DNA of 64,000 bases from an uncultured Candidatus Saccharibacteria bacterium (GTDB lineage Bacteria > Patescibacteriota > Saccharimonadia > CAILAD01 > CAZGYV01): contig CAZGYV010000002.1 in assembly GCA_964530725.1 (NCBI GenBank), positions 26,046 to 90,045 on the forward strand, in the 5' to 3' direction. How positions within the stretch are numbered: position 1 is the stretch's first letter; each line of letters opens with the position of its first letter. The notes beneath the pieces are model-generated. The model searched no databases, was not told the origin of the DNA, and worked only from the letters and a program-made list of their open reading frames with translations. Position numbers and translations under genes: made by a program. This document shows, in pieces, positions 56,499 through 64,000 of this stretch.

Positions 56499-56723
56499 AT
56501 GTCAAATGACTACAAAGAAGAAGAATTTCTCAATAAATTAGCTACTAGAATAGCGCAGTTAAGGCATAATAAAAAGATTACCCAAGAAAGTCTAGCTGCA
56601 GAAGCTGGCCTCGATAGAGTAGCTATAGCCAATATAGAAACGGGCAGGCGGCGTCCCACCGTTACCACCTTATACCGTCTAGCAAAAGGTCTAAAAGTAG
56701 ACATTATTGAATTATTTAAATAG
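56499..56723 (+). CDS. XRE-family HTH transcriptional regulator
   Basis: LATRIAQLRHNKKITQESLAAEAGLDRVAIANIETGRRRPTVTTLYRLAKGL, a canonical HTH_3. Confidence 0.75.
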   Translation: MSNDYKEEEFLNKLATRIAQLRHNKKITQESLAAEAGLDRVAIANIETGRRRPTVTTLYRLAKGLKVDIIELFK

Positions 56724-56819
56724 AAATTGTAACGTCACCTAGATGCCGAGAGACGCTATTCAGAGCTCGGCTTCGCTTTCAACCAAAATCTCGACCTGGA
56801 CTTCTCGTCCAGATCACGA

Positions 56820-57227
56820 TTCTGGCGGGGAGAGCGGGATAGCGGCTTTCGTGCCGGGATTATGAGCGGGTAGAGTCTTAATGCGCCCTCGAAAAACAAG
56901 AAAGCCAAAGTTATACTTTGGTGCTTCTAGTTTTGAGCCCGAGGCGCGAAGAGGCTTTTGCCTACTTTTGGCCGTAATACAAAAGTAGAAGGAGAATTTG
57001 ATGAGTTTTTTGGAAAAGTTAATGAGAAGATCCTGAATCAAGTTCAGGATGACAGAAATAAAGGAGAGAGGGATAGCGGCTAACGCCTTCTCCGCTCAAT
57101 GATTCTCGATCCGCCAGCTGGCGGACTGCGAGTCATTTCGCTCCACTGAACCCTCCTGCTTCGCAGGCACGGGTTCTCATCCCTTCATATCAGCAAAAAA
57201 GCCCGAGACAAGCTCGGACTTTTTTGC
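56820..57227. repeat. Non-coding region with two degenerate direct copies of the tRNA-Ser 3' end and repeated ccgaga...gctcgg hairpins; ends in a + strand intrinsic terminator
   Basis: tggcggggagagcgggatagcgg (56823-56845) and ggagagagggatagcggct (57063-57081) resemble the tRNA 3' end tggcggagagggagggattcg (57228-57248). The terminator is gcccgagacaagctcggac-TTTTTT (57201-57227). A tiny RBS-led ORF MSFLEKLMRRS begins at ~57000. Confidence 0.45.
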
Positions 57228-57317
57228 TGGCGGAGAGGGAGGGATTCGAACCCTCGATACAGTTGCCCGTATACCGCCTTTCCAAGGCGGCGCACTAGTC
57301 CACTATGCGACCTCTCC
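57228..57317 (-). tRNA. tRNA-Ser (anticodon GGA), class II with a long variable arm, CCA encoded
   Basis: rc sequence GGAGAGG-TC-GCA-TAGTGGACTAGT-GC-G-CCGCC-TTGGAAA-GGCGG-TATACGGGCAACTGTATC-GAGGG-TTCGAAT-CCCTC-CCTCTCC-G-CCA. U33/A37 flank GGA. Confidence 0.9.
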
Positions 57318-57572
57318 GCGTCGAGAATGGCTTCAACTTTCAGCTAATCGCTCAAACGCGATTCGTCTTCAGTTTTCGCCAAACCTCTCCTTTTCAAACC
57401 AACAAACGGCTTCGCCTGGTTTGTTAGTTTGGGTTTTATTTTAACATTATCAAATTAAAAGATTACTTTTTATTAGAAGCCCTGTCTCGCGCTCGCCCCA
57501 ACTACTCATCCCTCCTGTTATGAGATACCGGACAAGATACAGTTATACCAGACCGCGAACCAAAAAACAAGC

Positions 57573-57797
57573 TTACTTCTTGCTCAGTAATAGGATAAAC
57601 ACCAGAGCCGCGAGATTAAGTACCAGGGTGATGCCAAATACCCAACCCATCGTGACCACAATATCGAGCGAGCCGCCGCAAAGCGAACTACAACCGACTT
57701 GTGACTTGGCCAAAAGATAGCCGCCCACCGCCAGCTCAATCACAACGGCCACTACCATGGCAATCGTTAGCCAGCCAAACATTTGTCTTCTCGTCAC
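57573..57797 (-). CDS. Small two-TM membrane protein
   Basis: 74 aa, hydrophobic, ends KK. Confidence 0.35.
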   Translation of the reverse strand: MTRRQMFGWLTIAMVVAVVIELAVGGYLLAKSQVGCSSLCGGSLDIVVTMGWVFGITLVLNLAALVFILLLSKK

Positions 57798-57815
57798 TAC
57801 CCCTCCTCGCCCTTG

Positions 57816-58871
57816 CTAACCCAGCTCTTGTTTAAATTTCTCAACCAGCTCGACTGGCGTCGGATCGACCCCATTAAGGATGCCCAGATAAGCCGACACG
57901 TAATCACCCAGCAACACGGTATACAATAATTGTTCCAGGTGAGTCCGACCCTCGGCGCGCACTATGATCGGCTCAAAACCGCACTTGGCCAAAACCTGCC
58001 TCGTAATTAGCTGGCGCTTCTGGACCCGCTCGCTATCCAAATTCGATTCCAGCTGCACGCAAATCAATTCTTTTTCATCCGGCAGCGGCCAGCCTTGCAT
58101 TTCATTGTGATTAAGCTCGGGATAAGTATTCCAAAACGCTAGCTGCTTGGCATTTTCATTGATATCAATTTTCCATTTATAGGCGGCTGAGCGCAAGCGT
58201 GGCCCAGCGTAAATTAGGACTGGTTTGCCGTGCAATTTAACCGCCAATTCGCGGGCCAGATTGTCATGAGTATCATCGAGCGATAAGGCACCCTTGGCGG
58301 TGTTTAAGAAATTACCGGCCTCCAGCAGTTCGCGCTCCAGGTCAACTCCCTCGCTCAAGCCCAAGTCCGCCATCAAGCACGCCAGAGCTTTTAGGCCTGC
58401 AAATACGCTCAAGCGTGGCTGACTCACCTTAGGAAGTTTTAGGGTGATGTATTTTTTAGCTTGGGCGATTTCGAGCAATTCGCCACCGGCCGTCAGGACC
58501 ACTATGCGGCAGCCCATTTTCTCAGCGCTTCTGAGTGCAGCCAGAGCTTCTTCGGTATTACCGGAGTAGCTGGAAATAATAGCCAGGGTGCGGCCATCGA
58601 TGTAGCCTGGCAGGCTATAGTCACGGGCGATCTCAAATGGCAGCCTCAATCTCTCGTGCAGCCAATCGCGCAACAATTCGCACGCCAGCGCCGAGCCGCC
58701 CATGCCGGCATAGACGATGTTCTCAATCCCCTCGCCCATCTCACGAGTTAAAGCCTGGCTCATCTCATCACCAAAGCTTAAGGCTAAATGATCAGGCTGA
58801 GCGTCAATCGCGTCGAAAATATGATGGCGGTCTAGCTCTGATAGTTTGGCGAACAAATCATTTTTTGTCAT
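57816..58871 (-). CDS. Bifunctional phosphoglucose/phosphomannose isomerase (SIS-domain PGI/PMI family)
   Basis: 351 aa with two SIS-like halves. GMGGSALACELL and IISSYSGNTEE are typical of the archaeal/bacterial PGI/PMI family. Confidence 0.65.
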   Translation of the reverse strand: MTKNDLFAKLSELDRHHIFDAIDAQPDHLALSFGDEMSQALTREMGEGIENIVYAGMGGSALACELLRDWLHERLRLPFEIARDYSLPGYIDGRTLAIISSYSGNTEEALAALRSAEKMGCRIVVLTAGGELLEIAQAKKYITLKLPKVSQPRLSVFAGLKALACLMADLGLSEGVDLERELLEAGNFLNTAKGALSLDDTHDNLARELAVKLHGKPVLIYAGPRLRSAAYKWKIDINENAKQLAFWNTYPELNHNEMQGWPLPDEKELICVQLESNLDSERVQKRQLITRQVLAKCGFEPIIVRAEGRTHLEQLLYTVLLGDYVSAYLGILNGVDPTPVELVEKFKQELG

Positions 58872-59161
58872 GAGCCCATTATCCCTCAGAAGCAGGTAAA
58901 ATTAAACTGTTGACTTGAGAGTGCGAATATTGTAATGTTTTGTCGTTCCCCGAAAAAGGAGAGGGAGTGAACATCAGGGAAGTCTTGAAGAAGAAGCTCT
59001 ACCCGGTGGGAAGCACCATCAAATCACCGGCTCCACAGTCGCACGACGAAAGTCCCACCGAGGAGATCCCAGTAGGAGAATTTCACCCGCTGGCCGACGA
59101 GCTAGCCGCTGACGAAATCGTCGGCCCGCATTACGTGGCGAAGCGGATCACCTTGCCACCA

Positions 59162-59320
59162 TGGCTGTGATCAAAAAGACCGCCAAGTGGGCGGCCCTGG
59201 CGGCGTTCTTTGCCGGCCTTGTATGGGTGGCCACCACTCTGCCGGATCGGCGACAGACACCGCAATCAGAGCGCGACCGGCTCTGGAATGAATTTCAGTC
59301 CCAGAGCCCCAAGCGCTAAC
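59162..59320 (+). CDS. Small single-TM protein (52 aa)
   Basis: MAVIKKTAKWAALAAFFAGLVWVATTLPDRRQ... The ATG lies inside the end of the overlapping ORF 58973..59170 (66 aa, GTG start after GGAG). Confidence 0.3.
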
Positions 59321-59363
59321 CCCTCCGCTGGCCGGGAGAGCACCAAGCTCTCTCGGCCTCTTT

Positions 59364-60149
59364 TTATAACAGCTTTTTGGCCAATTCAGACTGATCACGG
59401 CAACGCAGATCCCAATTGATTCTGGCTACCTCCGACCGGCCACATAAATACTTTAAAAACTTAGATACTGCTTCAACAGTCGCCTGATCACCAGTTGCAT
59501 CAGCCGCTTCCGCCTCACGCATCAGATCACGCAAGAATGCCGTCGAGACCCAATAATTTTTTGGCTCTGAATCACCGCCCATATCACCCACCCAGGCCGC
59601 AATGGTAGGTCGGTCATAAATTATCGCTTCCAAAGTACGGCGATTGCCATCTAAGAGTATGTGGCCTGTCGGAGATTTGACAAGCAAGATTGGGAATTCC
59701 CGCCTGCTAATCTTAAATCTCGCCGCCATCATATCGGCCAAATCTTTTTGTTTTTTATATTCCGCCTCACTGCTATGGATGTAGTCATACACTTGCTGAT
59801 ACGACGCCCCTTTGCCTAGTTTAGCAATAGAAGGAATACTCCAGCTCAAGGGAATATCTTTGACTGATACTTCTTGTTGACTCCACTCCACATTTTCGGC
59901 AGTGATAAAGCGAACTGGCGCTTTGAGCTTAAAGCCAGACATAATACCATGAAAGCCGTTCCAGAAATCATGTACCGGCGCTAGATCCGACCGCTTACCT
60001 TCGAACCAATCTCTGATATCCTGACCGATCCCCTGCCACTCCTTTTCGTTCAAAGATGGCGTGAGCTTGATAAACTCTTTATGCAACAACTCTGCGGCTA
60101 TTTTAATCCGGGTTTCATCATAAACATGATTTGGGTAAATTTTATCCAT
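59364..60149 (-). CDS. Hypothetical protein
   Basis: 261 aa, no recognised motifs. Confidence 0.5.
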   Translation of the reverse strand: MDKIYPNHVYDETRIKIAAELLHKEFIKLTPSLNEKEWQGIGQDIRDWFEGKRSDLAPVHDFWNGFHGIMSGFKLKAPVRFITAENVEWSQQEVSVKDIPLSWSIPSIAKLGKGASYQQVYDYIHSSEAEYKKQKDLADMMAARFKISRREFPILLVKSPTGHILLDGNRRTLEAIIYDRPTIAAWVGDMGGDSEPKNYWVSTAFLRDLMREAEAADATGDQATVEAVSKFLKYLCGRSEVARINWDLRCRDQSELAKKLL

Positions 60150-60234
60150 AGCAGCATTATACTAAATATTGACTAAATAGCTGTTATTTGGTTTAATAGC
60201 GCTTGCGTTCTTCGACAAAAGGAAGGTAACCATC

Positions 60235-60987
60235 ATGTTCGACCGGCAGAAACAGCACGACCGCTTTCTGCAACGAGCTAAGAACCTGCAGACCACGACC
60301 TACAACCAGCCGCGCATCATCACTTACTACTTGCTAGCAGCAAGCCTGGCAGGCGAGCGAGGCCGAGTGGAGATCTGGCAGCAGATCGGTGTCAACCTGA
60401 CGCGTCTAGCCAAAGGCCCGCTCCAACAACCAGTTGACTGGCTGGCCCTGAGCTTCTTTCGGCGCGCCACGCGCCACGGTGACTTGCGCCAGCGCGGCGC
60501 GATCCGGCGTGATCAAGCCGAGCTTCTGAGCAAGCTTGGCCGTTTCGACGAGGCACGTGAGCACCTCCATCTCTCGGTCAAAAACTTGATCGAGGCTGAT
60601 GACAAGGACGGGCTGAATCTGACCAGGATTGTTCGCGGCGTGGTTTACTGCCGCTGGGCCAACAACCTTTCGGCTGAAACCAGTCACCGTGAACGCTTCA
60701 GCTTGCTTAGCAACGCCCACGATAGCTTGACGAGAGCCCTGTCTGAGATTCCAATTCAATCTCAGGCGATGGACCATCAGCGGCTATTGGCGCTGTTGTG
60801 GCTGGCTGATGTCTGCTTGGCTCTTTATGAGATTGAGCCGGAACACTTCTGGCTCGAAGCGACTGATGACGCGGCTCAGCAAGCCCAGTGGCTTGCCCGC
60901 GGCACAGCCGGCTCAGCGCACCACCAAGAGCGGGCTATTCGGCAGATACAAAAGGTGGCCCACTACGAGGACGCGACCTGTGGATGA
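60235..60987 (+). CDS. Hypothetical protein (GC-rich pair, gene 1)
   Basis: 250 aa, ~60% GC; helical, no motif. Confidence 0.45.
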   Translation: MFDRQKQHDRFLQRAKNLQTTTYNQPRIITYYLLAASLAGERGRVEIWQQIGVNLTRLAKGPLQQPVDWLALSFFRRATRHGDLRQRGAIRRDQAELLSKLGRFDEAREHLHLSVKNLIEADDKDGLNLTRIVRGVVYCRWANNLSAETSHRERFSLLSNAHDSLTRALSEIPIQSQAMDHQRLLALLWLADVCLALYEIEPEHFWLEATDDAAQQAQWLARGTAGSAHHQERAIRQIQKVAHYEDATCG

Positions 60988-61345
60988 GCCGCCAACGCCC
61001 GAGCCGCCCGATGACGAGATTCGCGCCCTCAACCAAGAGGTGCGCGATCGGCTGCCAGCCCGACACGAGAATCTTCTCGCCCGGATTGAGCAGGCTATCA
61101 AGCAGCTAGCACGTGAAAACCCACAGATTATCGGGTGGGAACTGCCTGACTTGAAACAAGATCGGCCGGTTATTCGGTTGCGAGTCGAATCGGGTATCGA
61201 TCGCGATCTGATTCCCGATGACATTCACGGCATTCCGGTGGTGGTGACTTACCTGCATTCCACCAAGCCAAGCTTGCGGCTGGTGCGCGACAAGTATGAT
61301 AGCGACCACCCTGTATTCTATGAATCCCCGCCAGATGCGGGGTAG
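60980..61345 (+). CDS. Hypothetical protein (GC-rich pair, gene 2)
   Basis: GTG start overlapping the previous stop by 8 nt. Product VDEPPTPEPPDDEIRALNQEV...VVVTYLHSTKPSLRLVRDKYDSDHPVFYESPPDAG. Track ORF 60809..61345 includes an out-of-context N-terminus. Confidence 0.4.
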   Translation: MDEPPTPEPPDDEIRALNQEVRDRLPARHENLLARIEQAIKQLARENPQIIGWELPDLKQDRPVIRLRVESGIDRDLIPDDIHGIPVVVTYLHSTKPSLRLVRDKYDSDHPVFYESPPDAG

Positions 61346-61365
61346 GTCTAGCAGGGAGCTGGATT

Positions 61366-61490
61366 CACCTCTAGCTCCCTGCCCTCCCACAGTGAACGAA
61401 ATTCGCTCTTTGTGGGAGGGTCAACCACCCTAGCACTTTTCTAAAAACCAAAAAAGACCGCCTTAAAACTAGGAGGTCTTTTTTTTGTTG
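61366..61490 (+). terminator. Three consecutive hairpins, the last a canonical intrinsic terminator
   Basis: gcagggagct...agctccctgc (10 bp), cctcccaca...tgtgggagg (9 bp), and agacc...ggtct followed by TTTTTTTT. Confidence 0.5.
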
Positions 61491-61612
61491 GGTTTAATGC
61501 TGCAATGCGCGATAAGTAGCTTGCACCGACCAGAAAGTTTTATACAGACACAACCATTCGGTCGAGTTATTCATTACTTTCTTGCTATTAGTAATGAAGT
61601 TGTGCTATAGTA

Positions 61613-61876
61613 ATGAATATGAAAAACTTAATTACTATTACCAGTAAGGGTCAAACGACTATACCGGCTTCATATCGTCGTAAATTGGGCTTGAGCTCAG
61701 CAGGCGGTGCCCTGGATATACGTTTTGATGAAGCTAAAGGTGAGCTAGTGATAGCAAGGCCACTCAGTATAGATGAATTGAGCAAAAAACTAAGTGGTTA
61801 CGTAAAGCCAAGGGTAAAGCCTTTGACTGATGTTGATGCCTATTACCAGAAATACCGAGAAGACCGTAAATCATGA
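61613..61876 (+). CDS. vapB: Antitoxin, AbrB/MazE/SpoVT (swapped-hairpin) family (VapB-like)
   Basis: ITITSKGQTTIPASYRRKLGL motif. The promoter region has direct repeats tgctattagtaatgaa / tgctatagtaatgaa, operator-like. Confidence 0.65.
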   Translation: MNMKNLITITSKGQTTIPASYRRKLGLSSAGGALDIRFDEAKGELVIARPLSIDELSKKLSGYVKPRVKPLTDVDAYYQKYREDRKS

Positions 61877-62277
61877 AATTTAGCGGCTCACTGGATACTA
61901 ATGCGATACTGAGGCTATTAATTAACGATATACCATCCCAGCACGAGGCAGTAAAAGCATTGCTGGTTAGTGCGAATGGTCAATTCGCGGTTGCGGATAT
62001 CGCAATTATTGAGCTCGTGTTTGTGCTTGAAAGATACTATGGCTTTTCTCGACAGCAAGCAAGCGAGGCCCTTACTGGACTTATGCAACTAAAAGAAATC
62101 AACTGTAATCGCACATTATTTGAAAAAGCATTGCCAATCTACCTAAACCATTCCGCTCTATCTTTTGAAGATTGCTGCCTAAGCAATTATGCTGCGCTTA
62201 ATGGAGCTGAGCCTTTGTGGACATTTGATAAGAAACTAGCCACTCAAGCACCAAGTGCCAAGTTAATAACTACTTGA
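61873..62277 (+). CDS. vapC: PIN-domain toxin (VapC-like)
   Basis: N-terminal LDTNAIL (Asp), mid Glu (IIELVF) and a C-terminal TFDKKL acidic residue. Overlaps vapB by ATGA. Confidence 0.65.
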   Translation: MKFSGSLDTNAILRLLINDIPSQHEAVKALLVSANGQFAVADIAIIELVFVLERYYGFSRQQASEALTGLMQLKEINCNRTLFEKALPIYLNHSALSFEDCCLSNYAALNGAEPLWTFDKKLATQAPSAKLITT

Positions 62278-62447
62278 ACATCTCTTACTACCATGCACGA
62301 AAGAAAACTTTGGCAACCCTCTTCGCATTTATAAATATGATGTAATCCGCCATAGAAAATAGGTGCTCACCTAAAGTGCAAAATTTACGTGCGATTCAAG
62401 GAAAAGCCGAAGCCCGCAAGCGAGTCGTAGTAGAATCCCATATTCTC

Positions 62448-62571
62448 TGACTGTATTTGTACGGATGAAGTACGAGGCGCAAACGAGAAACGGAATGAGT
62501 CGTACTGTAAAACGTACGGCGAATGAGTATCGTAGTTTGTAACGAAGTAATTCGCCGTACAAATACAGTCA
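62448..62571. repeat. Structured element bounded by 17-bp perfect terminal inverted repeats, immediately 3' of groEL
   Basis: tgactgtatttgtacgg (62448-62464) and ccgtacaaatacagtca (62555-62571). Nested hairpins gtacggcgaat/attcgccgtac and agtacga/tcgtact inside. No flanking direct repeat found. Confidence 0.45.
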
Positions 62572-62573
62572 AT

Positions 62574-64000
62574 CTACATCATGCCGGGCATACCGCCACC
62601 AGCCATACCACCCATCCCGCCACCTGGCATCGGCTCTTCCTTCTCGGGCAGATCAGCCACCGCTGCTTCAGTTGTCAGCAACATTGCCGCCGCGCTAGCC
62701 GCATTAGTCAGGGCACTTTTGGTAACTTTGACCGGGTCGATAATACCACGCTCGAGCATATCGGCCTGTTCGTTTTTAGCAAAATCCCAGCCCGTCTTAG
62801 CATCACCCGGCTTGGCGACAACCTCCAGAATCAGAGCGATATCGGTAATGCCGGCATTGGCCGCAATCTGTCTGAGCGGTGATTCGAGCGCTTTAGCGAC
62901 AATCTTCACGCCAATCTGCTCTTCATCATCAAGCTCCAGCTGCTCTAGCTGGCGCGCAACCTTGGCCAGAGCCGCCCCGCCGCCGGGTACGATACCCTCA
63001 GCCACGGCCGCTTTGGTCGAATTGATAGCATCTTCAATGCGCAATTTCTTCTCTTTAAGCTCCACTTCGGTCGCCGCGCCAACCTTGATCACGGCCACAC
63101 CGCTCTCGAGCTTGGCCAGACGCTCTTGCATTTTTTCGAGCTCATACTCCGAAGTAATAGCTTTCATCTGAGCCTTAATTTGACCAACCCGCTCTTTCAA
63201 CGCCGCCGCACTACCCTTGCCCTCGACAATAGTAGTGTCTTCCTTGGTGGCAATAACTTTGCGCGCTTCACCCAGCATTTCGACCGTCGCATCCTCGAGC
63301 TTTAAGCCCAGCTCCTCGGTGATCACCTGGCCGCCAGTCAAGACAGCGATGTCCTCGAGCATGGCTTTGCGGCGGTCACCAAAGGCCGGCGCTTTAACTG
63401 CCACGGCATTAAATGTACCGCGTAATTTATTTAAAACTAGTGTCGTCAGCGCCTCACCATCGACATCCTCGGCAATAATCACCAAGTCTTTCTTGCCCTC
63501 GGCCGCCATTTTCTCAAGTAGCGGCAACAGCTCTTGAATCGAGCTGATTTTTTTATCAGTGATTAAAATCGACGCGTTATCATAAACTGCCTCCATCCGA
63601 GTCGTATCGGTCACCATATATGGACTGACGTAGCCTTTATCGAGCTGCAAGCCCTCCACGATGTCCTTTTCGAGACCCAAGGTCTGGCTCTCCTCAACCG
63701 TCACGATACCATCCTCACCAACCGCTGCCATAACTTCGGCGATCAGCTTGCCAACTTCCGGGTCGTCAGCTGATATCGAAGCCACATCGGCTATCTCGTG
63801 GCCGGCCTTGACCGGTTTAGCGATTTTATCGAGTCCCTCAACTACTTTAGCGGTCGCCTTCTCAATCCCACGGCGAATCGCCATTGGATTGGCGCCAGCG
63901 GCGACATTTTTGATGCCCTCTTCGATGATAGCCTGAGCTAATACAGTTGCTGTGGTCGTGCCGTCCCCAGCCTGATCGTTGGTCTTGCTGGCCACTTCCT
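62574..64000 (-). CDS. groL: Chaperonin GroEL (60 kDa). Partial: the N-terminal ~80 aa lie beyond the window end.
   Basis: [21 protein letters not shown]..., typical GroEL equatorial, intermediate and apical regions, and the C-terminal [15 protein letters not shown] tail. Confidence 0.9.
   Translation of the reverse strand, partial: EVASKTNDQAGDGTTTATVLAQAIIEEGIKNVAAGANPMAIRRGIEKATAKVVEGLDKIAKPVKAGHEIADVASISADDPEVGKLIAEVMAAVGEDGIVTVEESQTLGLEKDIVEGLQLDKGYVSPYMVTDTTRMEAVYDNASILITDKKISSIQELLPLLEKMAAEGKKDLVIIAEDVDGEALTTLVLNKLRGTFNAVAVKAPAFGDRRKAMLEDIAVLTGGQVITEELGLKLEDATVEMLGEARKVIATKEDTTIVEGKGSAAALKERVGQIKAQMKAITSEYELEKMQERLAKLESGVAVIKVGAATEVELKEKKLRIEDAINSTKAAVAEGIVPGGGAALAKVARQLEQLELDDEEQIGVKIVAKALESPLRQIAANAGITDIALILEVVAKPGDAKTGWDFAKNEQADMLERGIIDPVKVTKSALTNAASAAAMLLTTEAAVADLPEKEEPMPGGGMGGMAGGGMPGMM

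Noticed and set aside
56820-57230. SRP (4.5S) RNA, based on a 10-nt match GUGCCGGGAU to the E. coli 4.5S 3' strand
   Set aside because: The universally conserved helix-8 tip (GGUCC-GGAA-GGAAGCAGCC region) is absent on either strand, and a single 10-mer match is within chance for this comparison. I also tested for a tRNA (GGGTTCTCATCCC), but the T-loop is non-canonical.
1-64000. CRISPR arrays, rRNA genes, transposase/integrase genes
   Set aside because: No regularly spaced direct repeats and no rRNA-like conserved stretches. No ORF has transposase or integrase signatures (DDE, tyrosine recombinase R..HxxR..Y) in any frame I read.

Overview
The window is a bacterial chromosomal segment of about 50% GC with small, tightly packed genes that often overlap by ATGA/GTGA/TGATG. 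It carries core housekeeping genes: ftsK (5' part), an ABC exporter, RNase J, family-4 UDG, pnp, rpsO, truB, a DHH/NrnA phosphoesterase, rpsT, holA, mutM/fpg, polA, rpoD, dnaG, a MurE-like ligase, a Dus enzyme, an LCP protein, a ClpC-like ATPase, a GT2 synthase, PGI/PMI and groEL (3' part). It also holds many short hypothetical, membrane or low-complexity proteins and several GC-rich (about 60%) cassettes of unknown genes. By inference this looks like a reduced-genome, possibly Patescibacteria/Saccharibacteria-like, organism, but that is not proven. Non-coding features supported by sequence are one tRNA-Ser(GGA), many sigma70-like promoters and rho-independent terminators, and a vapBC toxin-antitoxin pair. 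The strongest hunt result is a complete type III hammerhead ribozyme core on the minus strand at 3611..3659 (CUGAUGA, helix II GUCC-GAAA-GGAC, GAAA, cleavage triplet CUC), just upstream of a promoter-driven two-ORF locus whose second ORF carries a HEPN-like RNx3H motif. Other leads are two promoter/terminator-bounded large structured RNA candidates, complement 11912..12490 (possible rnpB) and 39760..40265. Further leads are a roughly 100-nt sRNA candidate at 15970..16067, a cluster of three tiny acidic Cys-containing peptide genes at 40581..40985, and degenerate copies of the tRNA-Ser 3' end beside the tRNA (integration scars). There are also two paralogous signal-peptide M23 peptidases that share a 3'-UTR switch-like motif, a DnaG lacking all four zinc ligands, an HTH-guanylate kinase fusion, a minimal TVGYGD K+ channel and a 17-bp inverted-repeat element after groEL.
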